This document shows, piece by piece, positions 1-12,726 of a stretch of DNA of 64,000 nucleotides (positions are counted from its first letter, which is position 1; every line of letters starts with the position of its first letter). A program made the position numbers and the translations under genes. The notes beneath the pieces were generated by a model, which saw only the letters and a program-made list of their open reading frames with translations, had not been told where the DNA came from and searched no databases. The DNA comes from Octopus vulgaris (Eukaryota): contig OX597819.1 in assembly GCA_951406725.2 (NCBI GenBank), positions 84,630,001 to 84,694,000 on the forward strand, read 5' to 3'.

Positions 1-10
1 ATTAATTTAC

Positions 11-167
11 CTGTTACTTGTATCTCCCATATAAGTTATTGCCATGACAATATCAAGATGGCATTTATCCACACTGAAATATATTTGAAATATATTTAGG
101 ATGTCCTCTGCAAGATTAAAAGCTGCATGCTGTGAAAGACTTGCCAAAAGAAAAAATGTATTTATAT
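11..167 (-). CDS. Putative next exon of the same gene: DINTFFLLASLSQHAAFNLAEDILNIFQIYFSVDKCHLDIVMAITYMGDTSNR
   Basis: Polypyrimidine acceptor tttttatttgtag|AT and donor CAG|gtaaat. The phase-1 start fits exon 4143-4593 (G|AT = Asp). The gene continues off the window start. Confidence 0.6.
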
Positions 168-380
168 CTACAAATAAAAAATAAAAACAAAAATTCATAT
201 CAGTCTCTTGTTGAAAGCACAAATTTTTACATTTACAGTTGAAAATATTTCCAATATTACTAGAATTGTGTTGTATGTCATTTATATTATGTAAAAATGT
301 GTGAATATATAATCTCTCTTTCTTCCTCTGTCTCTCTGTCTTTGTCTGTCTATCTGTTTTTCTCTCTCCCTCTCTCTCTC

Positions 381-419
<39 letters not shown>

Positions 420-424
<5 letters not shown>

Positions 425-737
425 ACAAAAATAAGGGCAAAAGAAAAATTCTAATGCCAAATATGCCGAAAAAAAGACAAAAATTGTCAATAACCATTAT
501 AATTTATGCGTCTCGAAACAAACCGATAGAAATTTCTAAAAAATCCGTTATTACCGTATTGGTCCCAATTTTGGGGTTAATTCATAAATTGGGACCAATA
601 GGGTAATAACGGATTTTTTAGAAATTTCTATCGGTTTGTTTCAAGACGCATAAATTATAATGGTTATTGACAATTTTTGTCTTTTTTTGGCATATTTGGC
701 ATTAGAATTTTTCTTTTGCCCTTATTTTTGTAAATTA
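420..737. repeat. Fold-back inverted repeat, ~150-bp arms, between two (TA)n tracts
   Basis: 420-571 is the near-exact reverse complement of 586-737. Confidence 0.95.
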
Positions 738-825
738 TTTATAAATTTAACCTTTAAAGGTAATTTTTGATATGCTGGCCATTGATAAAAAAATTTTTCC
801 CGAAAAAAATTTTATCCTACATTAG

Positions 826-858
<33 letters not shown>

Positions 859-870
<12 letters not shown>

Positions 871-1824
871 AAACTGAGAATGTGTGTGTGTCTGTCTGTT
901 TGTCTGTGTGTTTCCCTAAAACTTGAGAACTACACAACCAATTTCATTCAAATTTTACACATGCCTTACTTAGGGTCCATGTAGTTTCATGGGCAAAAAA
1001 AATATGTTCAACTTCTTGCCTAGAGCGAGCCCATAGCAATATCATATCTTTTCCACTATTTCAGTATTACGTGTTAAAAGTGAAACAAAAATATTTCTCT
1101 ATTTTATGTCAGATGCTTTCACTTTAACAATAAAAATCATCATCATCATCATTTAGCGTCCGCTTTCCATGCTAGCATGGGTTGGACGGTTCAACTGGGG
1201 TCTGTGAAGCCAGAAGGCTGCATCAGGCCCAGTCTGATCTGGCAGTGTTTCTACGGCTGGATGCCCTTCCTAACGCCAACCACTCCATGAGTGTAGTGGG
1301 TGCTTTTTATGTGCCACCCGCACAGGTGCCTGACGGAGCTGGCAGATGGCCACGGACGGATGGTGCTTTTTATGTGCCACCGGCATGGGGGCCAGGCGAG
1401 GCTGGAATTATATGTAGTAAGTAATAATTAAAATCAAACAAAAGTAAAAATAGTAATTGGTATAAAATTGCATCAACGATTTGAACTTGAATAAGTGGTT
1501 TCACATGAATGGGAATTAAATTAAAAATAAAATTAGCGTGCAGAAATGGAATAGCCCAGATGGATAATTAAAAAAATTAAATTAAAGAAAAGACTATTGT
1601 CTATAAAGTATACAATGTAGAGAAAAAAGAAGAGCTAAAAATTCCAGTCTGTTATATATTTTGAATATTGTTATCACTAGCGATATCAAGATATAACTTT
1701 GTATTTTGCATTTTATGTGTAGATGTATATATATATAGATGTATATGTAATATGTACACATATATATACACATATATACATGCACTAGCACTATGACCCG
1801 GCAACGATGGGTCTTTAATGCTAG
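859..1824 (+). mobile_element. Non-autonomous Helitron with a nested SINE-like repeat
   Basis: 5' end T(T)TATATATATAAAACTG resembles that of the 31001 element. 3' hairpin GACCCG-gcaacg-ATGGGTC followed by CTAG|T; inserted in (TA)n. Confidence 0.7.
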
Positions 1825-2905
1825 TATATATATATATGAAAGACAGAAGATGGAATATATAAGAATTTTTATTAATCATGACGATTGTTTCGACACATCT
1901 AGCATCAATCCCTCATGGGTGGGACACTTAACAATTGCTTCAGGAGTATCTGTCAGTGCAGATGTGTCTCATCGGGGGTGATAAATAGATGCAACTCATT
2001 AAAATAACAGTTCCGCAATGTATATTCTCATTTCGTAGAAAGAAAAGCAGCAAAATGAAGGAAATATCTTCATTCATATATACATATGAAGGCTGTTCCA
2101 GGCTCCAGCCTGATTTGGCATGGTTTTCTTTGGCTGGATTCCCTTCCTAATGCCAACCACTTCGAGAGTGTAATGGGGGATTTTACGTGCCACCAGCACA
2201 GATGCCATTTGCATGACACTGGTATCTGCCATGACTGGGATTTTGCTCAGCTTGATGGGTCTTCTTCTAAGCAGGACATACTGCCAAAGGTTTTGTTCCT
2301 TACCTCCATGAGGCCCAACACTCGAAAGGAGCTCAGCCACTTTGCCTCCATGAGGCCTATTACTTGAAAGGAATTCAGCCACCTATACAATCTGCATGAA
2401 CTCCTGTATCAAGTGACCTATGCAGCAGCATCACAGCCACAACTTCACATACAACATGTACCTATAACCGCTCAGCATCATGGTTGTGACTTCTTGATAA
2501 AGTATTTCAACCACCATGTACGACTGACTACAAACTGATATTATTCATCTTTCTTGTGTCTAAGAACTTACTTCTCACTTCAATGGCTATAGACTGTTTC
2601 ACTGTCCCCTTCTTCATTGTTATCCTTAAATGTTCTTAACACAAGTGCATACATCTATGCCTACACACACATACATTTTTTTCTCATGATTGCCTGTCTA
2701 TTATTCTGCATACTTGATACACACACTGATACACATGTTAAGCATATCAATAAATGTTCTCTTAATCTTTCTTATATGGTTGTGTCTCTTTTCCATCTGG
2801 CATTTATTTGTACTATCCAATTTCTATCTATTGTATCAGCGGTGTGATGCGGTACTAAAGAGCCATTCCCCTCACCTGACATCGCACCACCTTACATTAT
2901 ATGTA

Positions 2906-2955
<50 letters not shown>

Positions 2956-3732
2956 CAGTATTTTAATGTTCATTTCCCATTGCTTAAATGAGTGTGATGA
3001 AATTTGTTGTGGAGGCAGATTTTCTACAGCTTGATGCTCTTCTTGTCCTTCAAACAAACAGTTCATTGACCTGGTATGATTTTATTTACACACCATGACA
3101 TTCATTATATGTGTGTGTATTCTGTATGTGTGTATGTGTGTTGACATTACAGAAGCTATGTTTTTTTTGTCAAGAAATAATATACAAAAATTGTGTTTAA
3201 TTGTTTAAATAGAGGTTCAAATATCACAAAAATTTGTATGCATTGCCGACGGTAAATATGAAAATAAATATGCAAAATAACTAAAATAAAATATACTATT
3301 TCTGAGATATTTCAGGTACACCCAGACATCTCTAGAGTTTTAGTATTATTGAGATATTGTTTAATGTACACACCATAAAGGCACGAATTAGTAATTGTTT
3401 CTTGTTGTGAAAACATGTGTATTGGTAAGCTTTTATTACACACCTTGTGTTTCCAAGCAGTTGTTGGGCTCTGAACACATGATTTGTTCTATTTGAAAAT
3501 CAGAACACTAGTTCATGAGAAATCAAGAGAGAAAAATGAGAAAAAGTTTGATGCAAAAAGTGGACGGGTGAATTAAAATAGAAAAAGAAAGGAAAGAAAA
3601 GAAAGAAAATTAGAGTTACGTCTCCTTTCATAATAGAAATCATCTGTGTTTCACTTAAAAGTCTTTAGCCAATTGAAGATTATGTTACAAGAAATATACC
3701 TTGGGTACCATCCAGTGGGATTGAATAGCAAA

Positions 3733-4040
3733 GTCATAAAACAGCACAGCTCCCATCACTTTAGGAAACATTTTTTCACGCTGAGAGTTGCTGAAGCATG
3801 GAACAAACTGCCGGCATCAGTTGTTAGTTGTCGGAGCACTGCATCCTTCAAAACTTCCATGCTTTCTGAGATTCGCCAACACTACGCCTGATTTTCTCCC
3901 CTCCATACACACACAAGCATGTATCTGACTCATACATTGTTCGCTTTCCAGACATTTGTACATTACTGCATATACTTTATATGCACTTTTTGACAAGTTG
4001 TGGTGCACCTGAGCACTGTATACAATAATTTCATTATCAT
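3733..4040 (+). mobile_element. 3' fragment of the same LINE family as 12727-13918
   Basis: KQHSSH.FRKHFFTLRVAEAWNKLPASVV and the shared 3' sequence gtgcacctgagcactgta. Confidence 0.85.
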
Positions 4041-4142
4041 TTTAAGAAAACTGTTTGGCTCATTGTAACTTACCATGGTCCTATATTACTCAGACAACAA
4101 ATAAATACCAACACACATATAGAACTAAAAGAATTATCTTAC

Positions 4143-4593
4143 CATCATAACGTTGAAACAAGTCATCATACAACTCCATGCTGAAGCTATTTGAATTGGA
4201 ACAGTTTGCAACTATTATTGAATTCACAGGTTCCCAGCCTGGTGGCTCCATGATAATATCTTCATCAGTAGATACCAATGGTTTGTCACCGCTGTCAGTA
4301 CTGCTACCATTGCTGCTGTTAATGCTACTGTCATTGCTGTTGATGTTGTTACCAATGCTGCTGATACTACTATTACTGCTGTTGCTGCTGCTGCTAACAG
4401 TTTCATTCATGTCAGATATTTGTGTGTCTCCAAATAGAACCATATTAAAAATGATACTCGATGATGTTCCGATATTTTCAACATCATGTGTCGAGTTCAT
4501 GAAAAATTCCTCGTGTTCAGTTGAAAGTTCTGGGTTTTCAGTGGTTGTTTTGACCTTTATTTTTGGAATATAAGAAAAGTTTTGAATAATTTC
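4143..4593 (-). CDS. Putative coding exon of an unidentified gene (Ser/Asn-rich stretch; EIIQNFSY...PPGWEPVNS...DLFQRYD)
   Basis: Frame open for 150 codons. An in-frame TAG doubles as the acceptor (aaattag|GAA); strong donor GATG|gtaaga; phase 0 to phase 1; not TE-like. Confidence 0.6.
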
Positions 4594-4897
4594 CTAATTT
4601 AGGATTCATAATTCATGATATTTTCTACATTATTCAATTTATAGTAGCAGTTCTCTGATACATGTTTGTTTACATGGCTACCAGTTGCAATAGCCACATG
4701 ATATAATTTATGAATATATTAAAACTCTGCTGCAAAAATAATTTGGATTTTACAAAATTTTGCGATATTGCCTAATTTTGCTGTTAACAAATGTTGCAGA
4801 TTGCCACATCACATTCCCACAAACTTATTAGTAATTACCATAATTTATTACTAAATATAATTCCTACTAAATATCAATCATGTATAATAATAATGTA

Positions 4898-5464
4898 TTG
4901 GGTTGTACGGAAAGTTCATGCCGATCTTTAAAGGAAAGAAAAAGGTCAATAAATACTTGCCATTACATTTTTAATCAACCAAATATGAACCATTTTGTTG
5001 CACAATGCATCTCTATCTTTCCTTTAATTTGAAAATACCCTCTTCCCAGAAGTGAGGTGGTTTCATGGCAAAGAATTCATCAAGGTACCTTTTTACATCA
5101 TCCAAGGAATTGAAATTTTTACCATTAAGACTATTCTGCAGAGACCTGAATAAGTGGAAATGCGAAGGAGCAATATCTGGTGAATATGGAGGGTGGGGTA
5201 ACACATCCCAGTCGAGCTGCAGCAATTTTTGTCTGGTTCCCAAAGCATCAAGTGCCGAAAATTAACTTTCTTATCTTCCATTTTAAAGGGTTACAGAATT
5301 AACACAGGTTATAGGAGCATAAACCTTCTTCCACGAGAAGATAACTTAAACTGTGCTCTAAATGGAGGTGTAGTCAAATCCTATTTTTATGGACTCAACC
5401 ATGTTCTAAAATAAGTCAAAATGTAAGCTACTATAAATTGGCACGAACTTTCCAGACAACCCAA
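4898..5464 (-). mobile_element. Internally deleted mariner element
   Basis: TIRs TTGGGTTGT..GGAAAGTTC.TGCC at both ends with TA flanks; transposase C-terminus HPPYSPDIAPSHFHLFRSL (ORF 5013..5243). Confidence 0.9.
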
Positions 5465-5482
5465 TATAATGACTGTTTAGAT

Positions 5483-5758
5483 CAATGGTTTTCAACTAGG
5501 GTTCATATGACCCCTGGGGATCCATATAAGATTTTGGGTGTGTCCAAGCAAGCAAAATAGTAAATTGGGGACTCACAGTAGTATATTAAGGGCCATGAAA
5601 AATTTTGCTTTAGATGTATTTATTACAAGAAACAGGTGTGGAAAACAGAAATTTAGAAAAGAGCATCTATGAAATTAGTTTTTACACATTGAATGGTTAT
5701 GGGGGTCCACCAGAATGGAATAGTAATCAAACAGGTCCATAGGGGTTGAGAACCATTG
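5483..5758. mobile_element. hAT-type MITE
   Basis: TIRs CAATGGTTTTCAAC / GTTGAGAACCATTG and an exact 8-bp TSD GTTTAGAT on both sides. Confidence 0.85.
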
Positions 5759-6216
5759 GTTTAGATGCTGTTGATATTGTGTAGTCCAAGGTCATCCCAT
5801 TCTAGCAGTGGCTATCCTATCTTTTCAGACATATTATTTCTAGGACTACATTATCTGACATGTTCTTCCCTTTTTTTCTTTAAACAAATATGTTGCAGAG
5901 AGGTTAAAAGGATATTGGCTGCTATTTCTAGCATCTCAAGTTGTGATAACTTGAAATGCTAGAAATAGCCATTGGTTCATTCCCATGACACTTTCTTACA
6001 AATTATAAAATCCAAAAAAATTATCAAATTCCTGCAAAAATTTAAAAGTATCTTTATTTATCCTTTATATAAAATAGTAAATTTATGGAAACATTTATAG
6101 GGAAAATGCATTGAAAATGTATCATAGTAGACAAAAACTGCTATAACTATTAAATTATTCTTGAAAACTTCTTCCAAAGTCTTTTTATTTTTTTATTTTT
6201 AGACTGATAGAATATA

Positions 6217-6450
6217 AGGCGGCGAGCTGGTAGATACATTAGCATGCCGGGCGAAATGCTTAGCGGTATTTTGTCTGCTGTTACGTTCTGAGTTCAAATT
6301 CCACCGAAGTTGACCTTGCCTTTCATCCTTTCGGGGTCGATAAATTAAGTACCAGTTATGCACTGGGGTCGATATAATCGACTTAATCCGTTTGTCTGTC
6401 CTTGTTTGTCCCCTCTATGTTTAGCCCCTTGTGGGCAATAAAGAAATAAG
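6217..6450 (+). mobile_element. tRNA-derived SINE family B (representative copy)
   Basis: ggcggcgagctgg...gttctgagttcaaattcc (B-box)...gcctttcatcctttcggggtcgataaa. Other copies at ~14825-15260(-, two), 16915-17145(-), 24835-25050, 30430-30635(-), 50905-51093(-), 51335-51535(-). Confidence 0.85.
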
Positions 6451-7149
6451 ACTGATAGAATAAGCACTAGGCTTACAATCAATAAGTCCTGGAGTTGATT
6501 TCTTTGACTAAACCCCTTCGAGGCAGTGCTCCAGCCAGCACAGCCACAATCAAATGACTGAAATATGTAAAAGAAATAAAAGATTTTCTTTTCTATTTTT
6601 ACTCAAGAATACAATGCATCACCCACGCTGGGAACCAGAATCATGACCTTATGAACGTGAGTGCAACACCCCAACCACTAGGCCATGCATCTTCACAAGC
6701 CCCTAAAGCATGTCAGCCAATGTGCAACAACATCTCATCAGAAGTCTTGCACTATTTGTTCCAGCTTTTTGTATTTGGAGTTCAAATTCCACTATAGTCT
6801 TTCTTGGGTAGTAAACTGATATTGTTACCTGGTTTAATGCTACTGGCTGGTACCTTGGATGCCTTTTTAATTTTTAATGATTTGAATCAGAAAATATGTT
6901 TCATTCAAGTAAAGAACATTTTTCCCTCCCTTTTTTAAAAATTTATGGCCACGAGGCTACAATATGCGATAAAGACATTGATCCTTTGATGTACAACCTA
7001 TCTGCCACAATGACACACATCAGCATGGACATATAGTATCAGACATTATATGGTGACTTGAAAAGTGTTAAAGCATTTCAAGTAGCATATCAACTTGCAA
7101 TCATGAGTGAAATTTAACATTTACTGTCTAGACGAGCCCTCTAGCATGT

Positions 7150-10100
7150 ACATACTGTAGGAGATCAAGGTCATTCCTTAACAAATAAAACAAGAAAAGA
7201 TGGAAATGAGCAAGCTAATTTCTGTTATGTATCCAGTGGCACAATTAAGTTTTCTCTCAAACAAATTTATATTTTCAATGGCTTTGATCTCATCAGACAG
7301 ACTATTGTAAACTGAGCATGATGCATGATCTAGAATGCTTTTTGATCTTTTAAGAGTAATTCTTTCAACAAACAAATTATTTTGATTTCAATTTTCCCTG
7401 CAATTGACTTCAAAGTTCATCATTTTTCCATATTAAATTGCCGTTTATGGGTGAAGAAGGACAATCTTTTTTCATTGATTTTGAATATAGTTGAGATTTT
7501 ATATTTCTTAAAAAATGGACCAGTATGCGCTAAGTAATGCGTACCTTCCAATATTCTCGAGTACTTCTTTTGATACAAAAATATTTTATTTATAAAATAA
7601 TTGTGTTTGTTACACCATACTTTATACATGTAAATTGTTATAAGATACATCAAGGAGTTGTACAATGTAAGTAAAGCTTTGTTATTCACAAATGGTTATA
7701 TTTTAAAAGTAATCCCTATCAATCGTGACATTTTATTGGCCACTGCCTCAACATGATTCTTCCAGCTCAGATCTTTATTAATTGTTACACCTAAAAATGT
7801 AATGCAGTCAACCCTTTTTACAGGGGAGCCATTTATCATTACTTCACTTACAAAATCAATATTCTTCTGTGCTGGCTTGAAAACAACACAATTGGTTTTA
7901 TTAGTATTTGATAACAGTCTATTAAGAGTAAACCATTCCATAACATCATTCATAATGTCATTCATAGTTGAGATCAGTTCTCCACGGGACCAACCTCATA
8001 TATAAATACTCGCATCATCAGCAAACATAAGAATTTCACAATTTTCTTGATTTATAATATAATAAAAAACTAGGTCATTTATATAAATTAAAAATACAAT
8101 AGGGCCAAGCACAGACACCTGTGGAACCCTGCAGTTTAGACTGTTGTCGCCTGACACTTCATTAAATAGCACATATTGCTTTCTATTCTGCAAGTAGCCC
8201 CTAAAAAGTTCCAATTGTTTACCACTTATCCCTATGAATTCCAGTTTTTTCAGTAAAATGTTGTGTGGTATAGTATCAAACGCCTTACTGAGATCAATGA
8301 AAACTCCCAAAGTTATTTCATTTTTATCCGCTGTCATGTATTAGTTATTCATCAAGCATCCCAATGCTAGTTCTGTGCTTGCTCCCTTCCTAAATCCAAA
8401 TTGACTCTTTGTAATAATATTCATATTCTGTCACATTTTTATCCATTTCTTATTTTTATCAATGTAAGTTATAAGTTGTTCTTTTATTATTTTTTCAAGG
8501 ATTTTAGAGAAATAAGGTATGATTAATACAGGTCTGTAATTTGACATAGTGTGCTTTGCGCTCTTTTTATATATTGGTATAATTTTTGCTTTCTTTATTT
8601 CCCAAAGGAAACAACTAAATTCTAAACACTGATAGAAAATTTTAGTTAATGAGTTTAATAATTGAATCAAGTATTATGATAATGTATTTTCTAACGATTC
8701 TATTTGAACCCTGAGATTCCTTTTTGGTGCTATTAATTATTTTTTCTACCTCATCTTCATTTGTTGGCAACAGGAACATAGAGTGCTCTACCCAGTGCCT
8801 CATCGATGAGAGTTAATTTTGTTGTTGATGCAGGTCAGGGCTTTATTTTTCAAGATATTTTTCTACTGAGACAAAATAATTGTTAAAAGTGTCTGCTATT
8901 TTTTATTTTGTTTTAAAATTTTTCCTTTACCATCAAGGAAGAAACCAAAACTTTTGTCTTAATCTCTCCTTTTCAAAATAATGCTAAGTGTTTTCTAATA
9001 GTTCTTTATATTTTTAATGTTTTATTCAAGCAATCCTGTATAGTAACATTTTTCAGTGACACTAAGGCATTTTTTGAGTATTTTGTCAAATTTTTTGTAA
9101 TGACCATGCATTTGCTTATCTTGAAATTTGTTCCTGTGGTACACCCTATACAGATAGTTCTTGTGTCTTATAGAATGGACCAAACCTTTAAAAAGCCAGG
9201 ATAAGTCATCCTGTTTAGTTAAGTACATCTTTTTGGTTTCAAAACACATATCATTTCCCTCTTTGATTATTTTAATAAGTTTGTTATTGTTTAAATCCAG
9301 AGAAGAACTATGCTCAATAAAGCTAAAATCCTGTTGTCTCATATATTCTCTAAATTTTTCCTTACTACTTACATCAATTTTTTTAACAGTAAGAAATTTT
9401 CTTTTGCGTTTATTTTCTTGCAATTGTATAGTTCAGAGCAAAGAGAATATTGGAAGGTGATCTGAAATGTCAGATATGATTGTTCCAGCATCAATATCAT
9501 CAAGGCCAATATATTTGTAAATATATTATCTATAAATGAGCTGTTGTCCTCATTCACCCGTGTTCTCAGTCTGTCTTCTATTAAAGCGAAAAAGGAATTG
9601 CATTTCAGAATTTCTTGGAGTTGAAGTTTGTGGGCAATGCTATTAATATTATCATCAGCTGTCAGCCAAGAAACAAAGCCTATTCTTTAAAGCTATTTTG
9701 TGTATTATAGAATGAAAATTGTTGAAAAAATCCTTCAAATTTTTATCTGGGGTTCGGTAAATTCAACCAATGATTACCTTTTTATTCATTCCAAGTTCAG
9801 TTCAAGATATCTCCAGAAATAAAAATTCAGCAGATGACCCCCCAATGACAACCCACTACATCTTTTTATCTTGTCAATTTCGTCGTACACATAAATACCC
9901 ACACCACCCCTTCTTGCATCTCTGATTTACTGAAGTACCCCTTAATTTGGAAAGCATCCTCATCATAATTCTCCTTTGTCCACATCTCAGTGACACGTAT
10001 AATTGCAAACTTAGTCTCAACTAAATTAAGAAGGATGCTAAATTTGTCATGATTTTCCGGAAGACTTCGAATGTTGATATGAAAAGAATGAAAATTTGTA

Positions 10101-10250
10101 GAAATTCAGGAAGTGAAGTGTCAATTGTATCCTTCTATCAAGTACTCTTGACATTTAATGTTTTCATCATCAGGCAAATTATGTTTCAATATTTTTTGAT
10201 AGATTTGTTCGAAATTTTACCAGCATCCTCTCTGTCACCAGAAATAAACT
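7150..10250 (-). mobile_element. Degenerate LINE ORF2 (endonuclease + reverse transcriptase), CR1/L2-group-like
   Basis: Frameshifted ORF pieces with SNYRP..I.P.FSKILEK, GVFIDLSKAFDT, VPQ.SVLGP..FLIYINDL, FADD, FLGV.I...LSW..HV; endonuclease motif SFIDNIFTN. Confidence 0.9.
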
Positions 10251-10341
10251 GCATGGACACAGTTGTTTTGAAAAATTAGGGTATACAGGCAGCTAGTTTA
10301 CATGCAAATCTAGTTGTGTGAATTTTGAAATCTAAAGGCTC

Positions 10342-10408
10342 CCTACTGACGAAAACTACCCTCAGTAAATATTTTTTTACTGGAATGAGTTAGAAACCAT
10401 GATCTAGG
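10342..10408 (+). ncRNA. Type I hammerhead-ribozyme-like motif of the PLE type, probably one substitution from canonical
   Basis: CCTA-CTGACGA-[stem II AACT..CAGTAAA/TTTACTG..AGTT]-GAAAC-CATG-ATC-TAGG. Stem I CCTA/TAGG; near-palindromic stem III ACCATG(A)T. Confidence 0.6.
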
Positions 10409-11595
10409 AACTAAATTAGATGGTAAACGTTTTTAATTTTCAATCCTTTCAAGAATTTATCCATAATTAGTGGTTTGAGTTTTCTACTGCTCTTTCTAGC
10501 ACAAGGCTTTCCTATTTGGAAGCCTCTTAATGTGTTCTAATGTACACGTTATTTTTATGTGTGTATATATATATATTATCAATCACACATACTCAATGTG
10601 CATTTTGCTTGCAGTAGAGCTTTCTAGGAATAACTACTTCATAGTTCTGGGTATATATAGATATAGTTATAGCTATATATATATAGATATAAGTATATAA
10701 ACACTAACACATATGCACACGTGCACACATACACACACACATACACACATACACACACACACACATACATTCCTATATGTGTCCTAGTGTTTTCTAATTG
10801 TTCTGTCAAATATAATGTAGATGTACACCCAAGATAATTATTTTAATCTCTCTTACTCACTATCCTCTTTTTGTTTTCACCATTGCTATTTTTGTCGACC
10901 AAAGTACTTAACAACAAGTGTATATGTAGACAATCTTACATGAAACTTAATAAAAACACTATTGTTTCTATTTCTATTATGCAAACAAATTGAACCTAGA
11001 GAAGAACGTTTCAACCCTTCTTCCTTGACTAATATTCTGCCATTAGATAACCCAGCCTAAATTTTTCTGAGAAAATGCTTTCATATATTTTAGTATGATA
11101 TTCTGGTTCACTAATTTTCCGGTAAATGTTGTTAAGGTTGCCAGGGATACTGGAATGAAAGTGTTCGTGCCACTCCTAACATGCCCAGAGTGCTGAATAC
11201 AAGTATGCTCAAACACACATATATACACGCACACCCATACACATACACACGTGTATGCACACATATATACGCATGGATATATGGATATGTGTGTGTATGA
11301 TTCCTTAAGTGTATGTGCTTGCATATGTGTGTCATCATCATCATCATCATCATCGTCATTTAACGTCCGCTTTCCATGCTGGCATGGGTTGGACGATTTG
11401 ACTGAGGTCTGGCGAAGCAGACTCCAATCTGTGTGTGTGTGTGTGTGTGTGTATAATATATGCATATATATATGTATATATATATATATATATATAATAT
11501 ATGTATACAAGTGTGTGTGTGTGTGTGTGTATCGTTTTTAGAAAAACATAACTCCAGAGAAGAAGCACACTCTAAGAAACAGAGTAGTCTATATT

Positions 11596-12405
11596 TTTTC
11601 CTGGTGAAGGCTGGTTTATGAGGTTACCCTGGGTTTCCCATCCATAAAGGGTATAACTTTATGGCATATCTTCAGACCCCAAGACCTGTTGGCCTATTAC
11701 CCATTTAAAATATGGAGGGGAAAAGTCTGGATTATCTCACTTTACTAATGGCTATCGACTTCCAGCCATGCTGCCATCGATCAGCTGTAAGGATAAACAA
11801 TAGGGGATTATATCCCTCTCCCGTTAGCCATCATACTTCTGGTGGTTCCCAAAAGGCCAGCAGAAATTTCCTAAAATGCAGATATGGCCTGAAAATCTCT
11901 GTTCCGAAGTTAAGTATAGACTCAAGTGAGTCCCTTAGGATTCTCGTGCATTTGGCTATGCCTAGCTCGCAGTATTTTGACCTGTTAATGTTGGGGCCTG
12001 AGTTTTCAAAGATTTTCCATGAGATCGAATTGGAACTCTGTTGTCTTTTAGTTGCAATATGGCTGGCCAGTGATAAAACATATCTCCTTTGCAGAACTCT
12101 GAAGGAGAATCCATGGTTGGAATACGTTTCTTGAATGAATTTCCAGTATAACCAATATATTTCCGTGGATGCACAATGTTGGTGGTGTACTTATTATTGT
12201 TGTTGTTGCCACTGCTGCTCTTCTTGCTGCTGCTGTTGATGTTGTTGCTGTCGTTGCTGCTGTTGATGCTGTTGATGTTGCTGTTGGTGTTGGAGCCAGG
12301 GCTGCTGGTGTTGGTGCCACTGGAGGTGGTTGTTGTGTTAGTAATGCCCTTTATGGACGGGAAATCTAGGGTAACCCCATAAACCGGCCTTCACCAGGCA
12401 AATAT
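11596..12405 (-). mobile_element. Penelope-like element remnant (GIY-YIG endonuclease) between short inverted repeats
   Basis: KYIGYTGNSFKKR...QLKDNRVP motif; about 40-bp inverted repeats cctggtgaaggctggtttatg.ggttaccct at ~11600 and ~12370-12397. Confidence 0.7.
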
Positions 12406-12502
12406 ATATGACACACACACACACACGCACATGCACACACACACACACACACACACATACATAAATTGTTGAAATTATCATAATTCCTTTTTGTATTATT
12501 GG

Positions 12503-12715
12503 TCATGAAGCACACTTCAAGCTATAAAAAACAGCATCTAAATATTGAGTTGAAAAATCCTTTTGGATTTTCTCAGCCAGGCATAACCTGCACTTCCTCC
12601 TGCTATTAAAGTACACTTTGCATTTCTCTAGAATCCTCCATTTTATGCTGTACTCACATAAGATTGGTCGTAATGGATATTTAATACTGTACACTTCAAT
12701 TAATATACTAATCAA
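12503..12715 (-). mobile_element. Penelope-like GIY-YIG C-terminal fragment
   Basis: YSIKWRILEKCKVYFNSRRKCRLCLAEK shows the W.I...C.LC..EK motif of PLE endonucleases. Confidence 0.7.
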
Positions 12716-12726
12716 TTAATATACTC

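Noticed and set aside
4178-4573. Plus-strand Leu-rich ORF of 131 aa
   Set aside because: Antisense shadow of the Ser/Asn-rich minus-strand exon, which has the better splice signals.
12048-12382. Ala/Thr-rich mucin-like ORF
   Set aside because: (GTT/GCT)n low-complexity expansion inside a PLE remnant.
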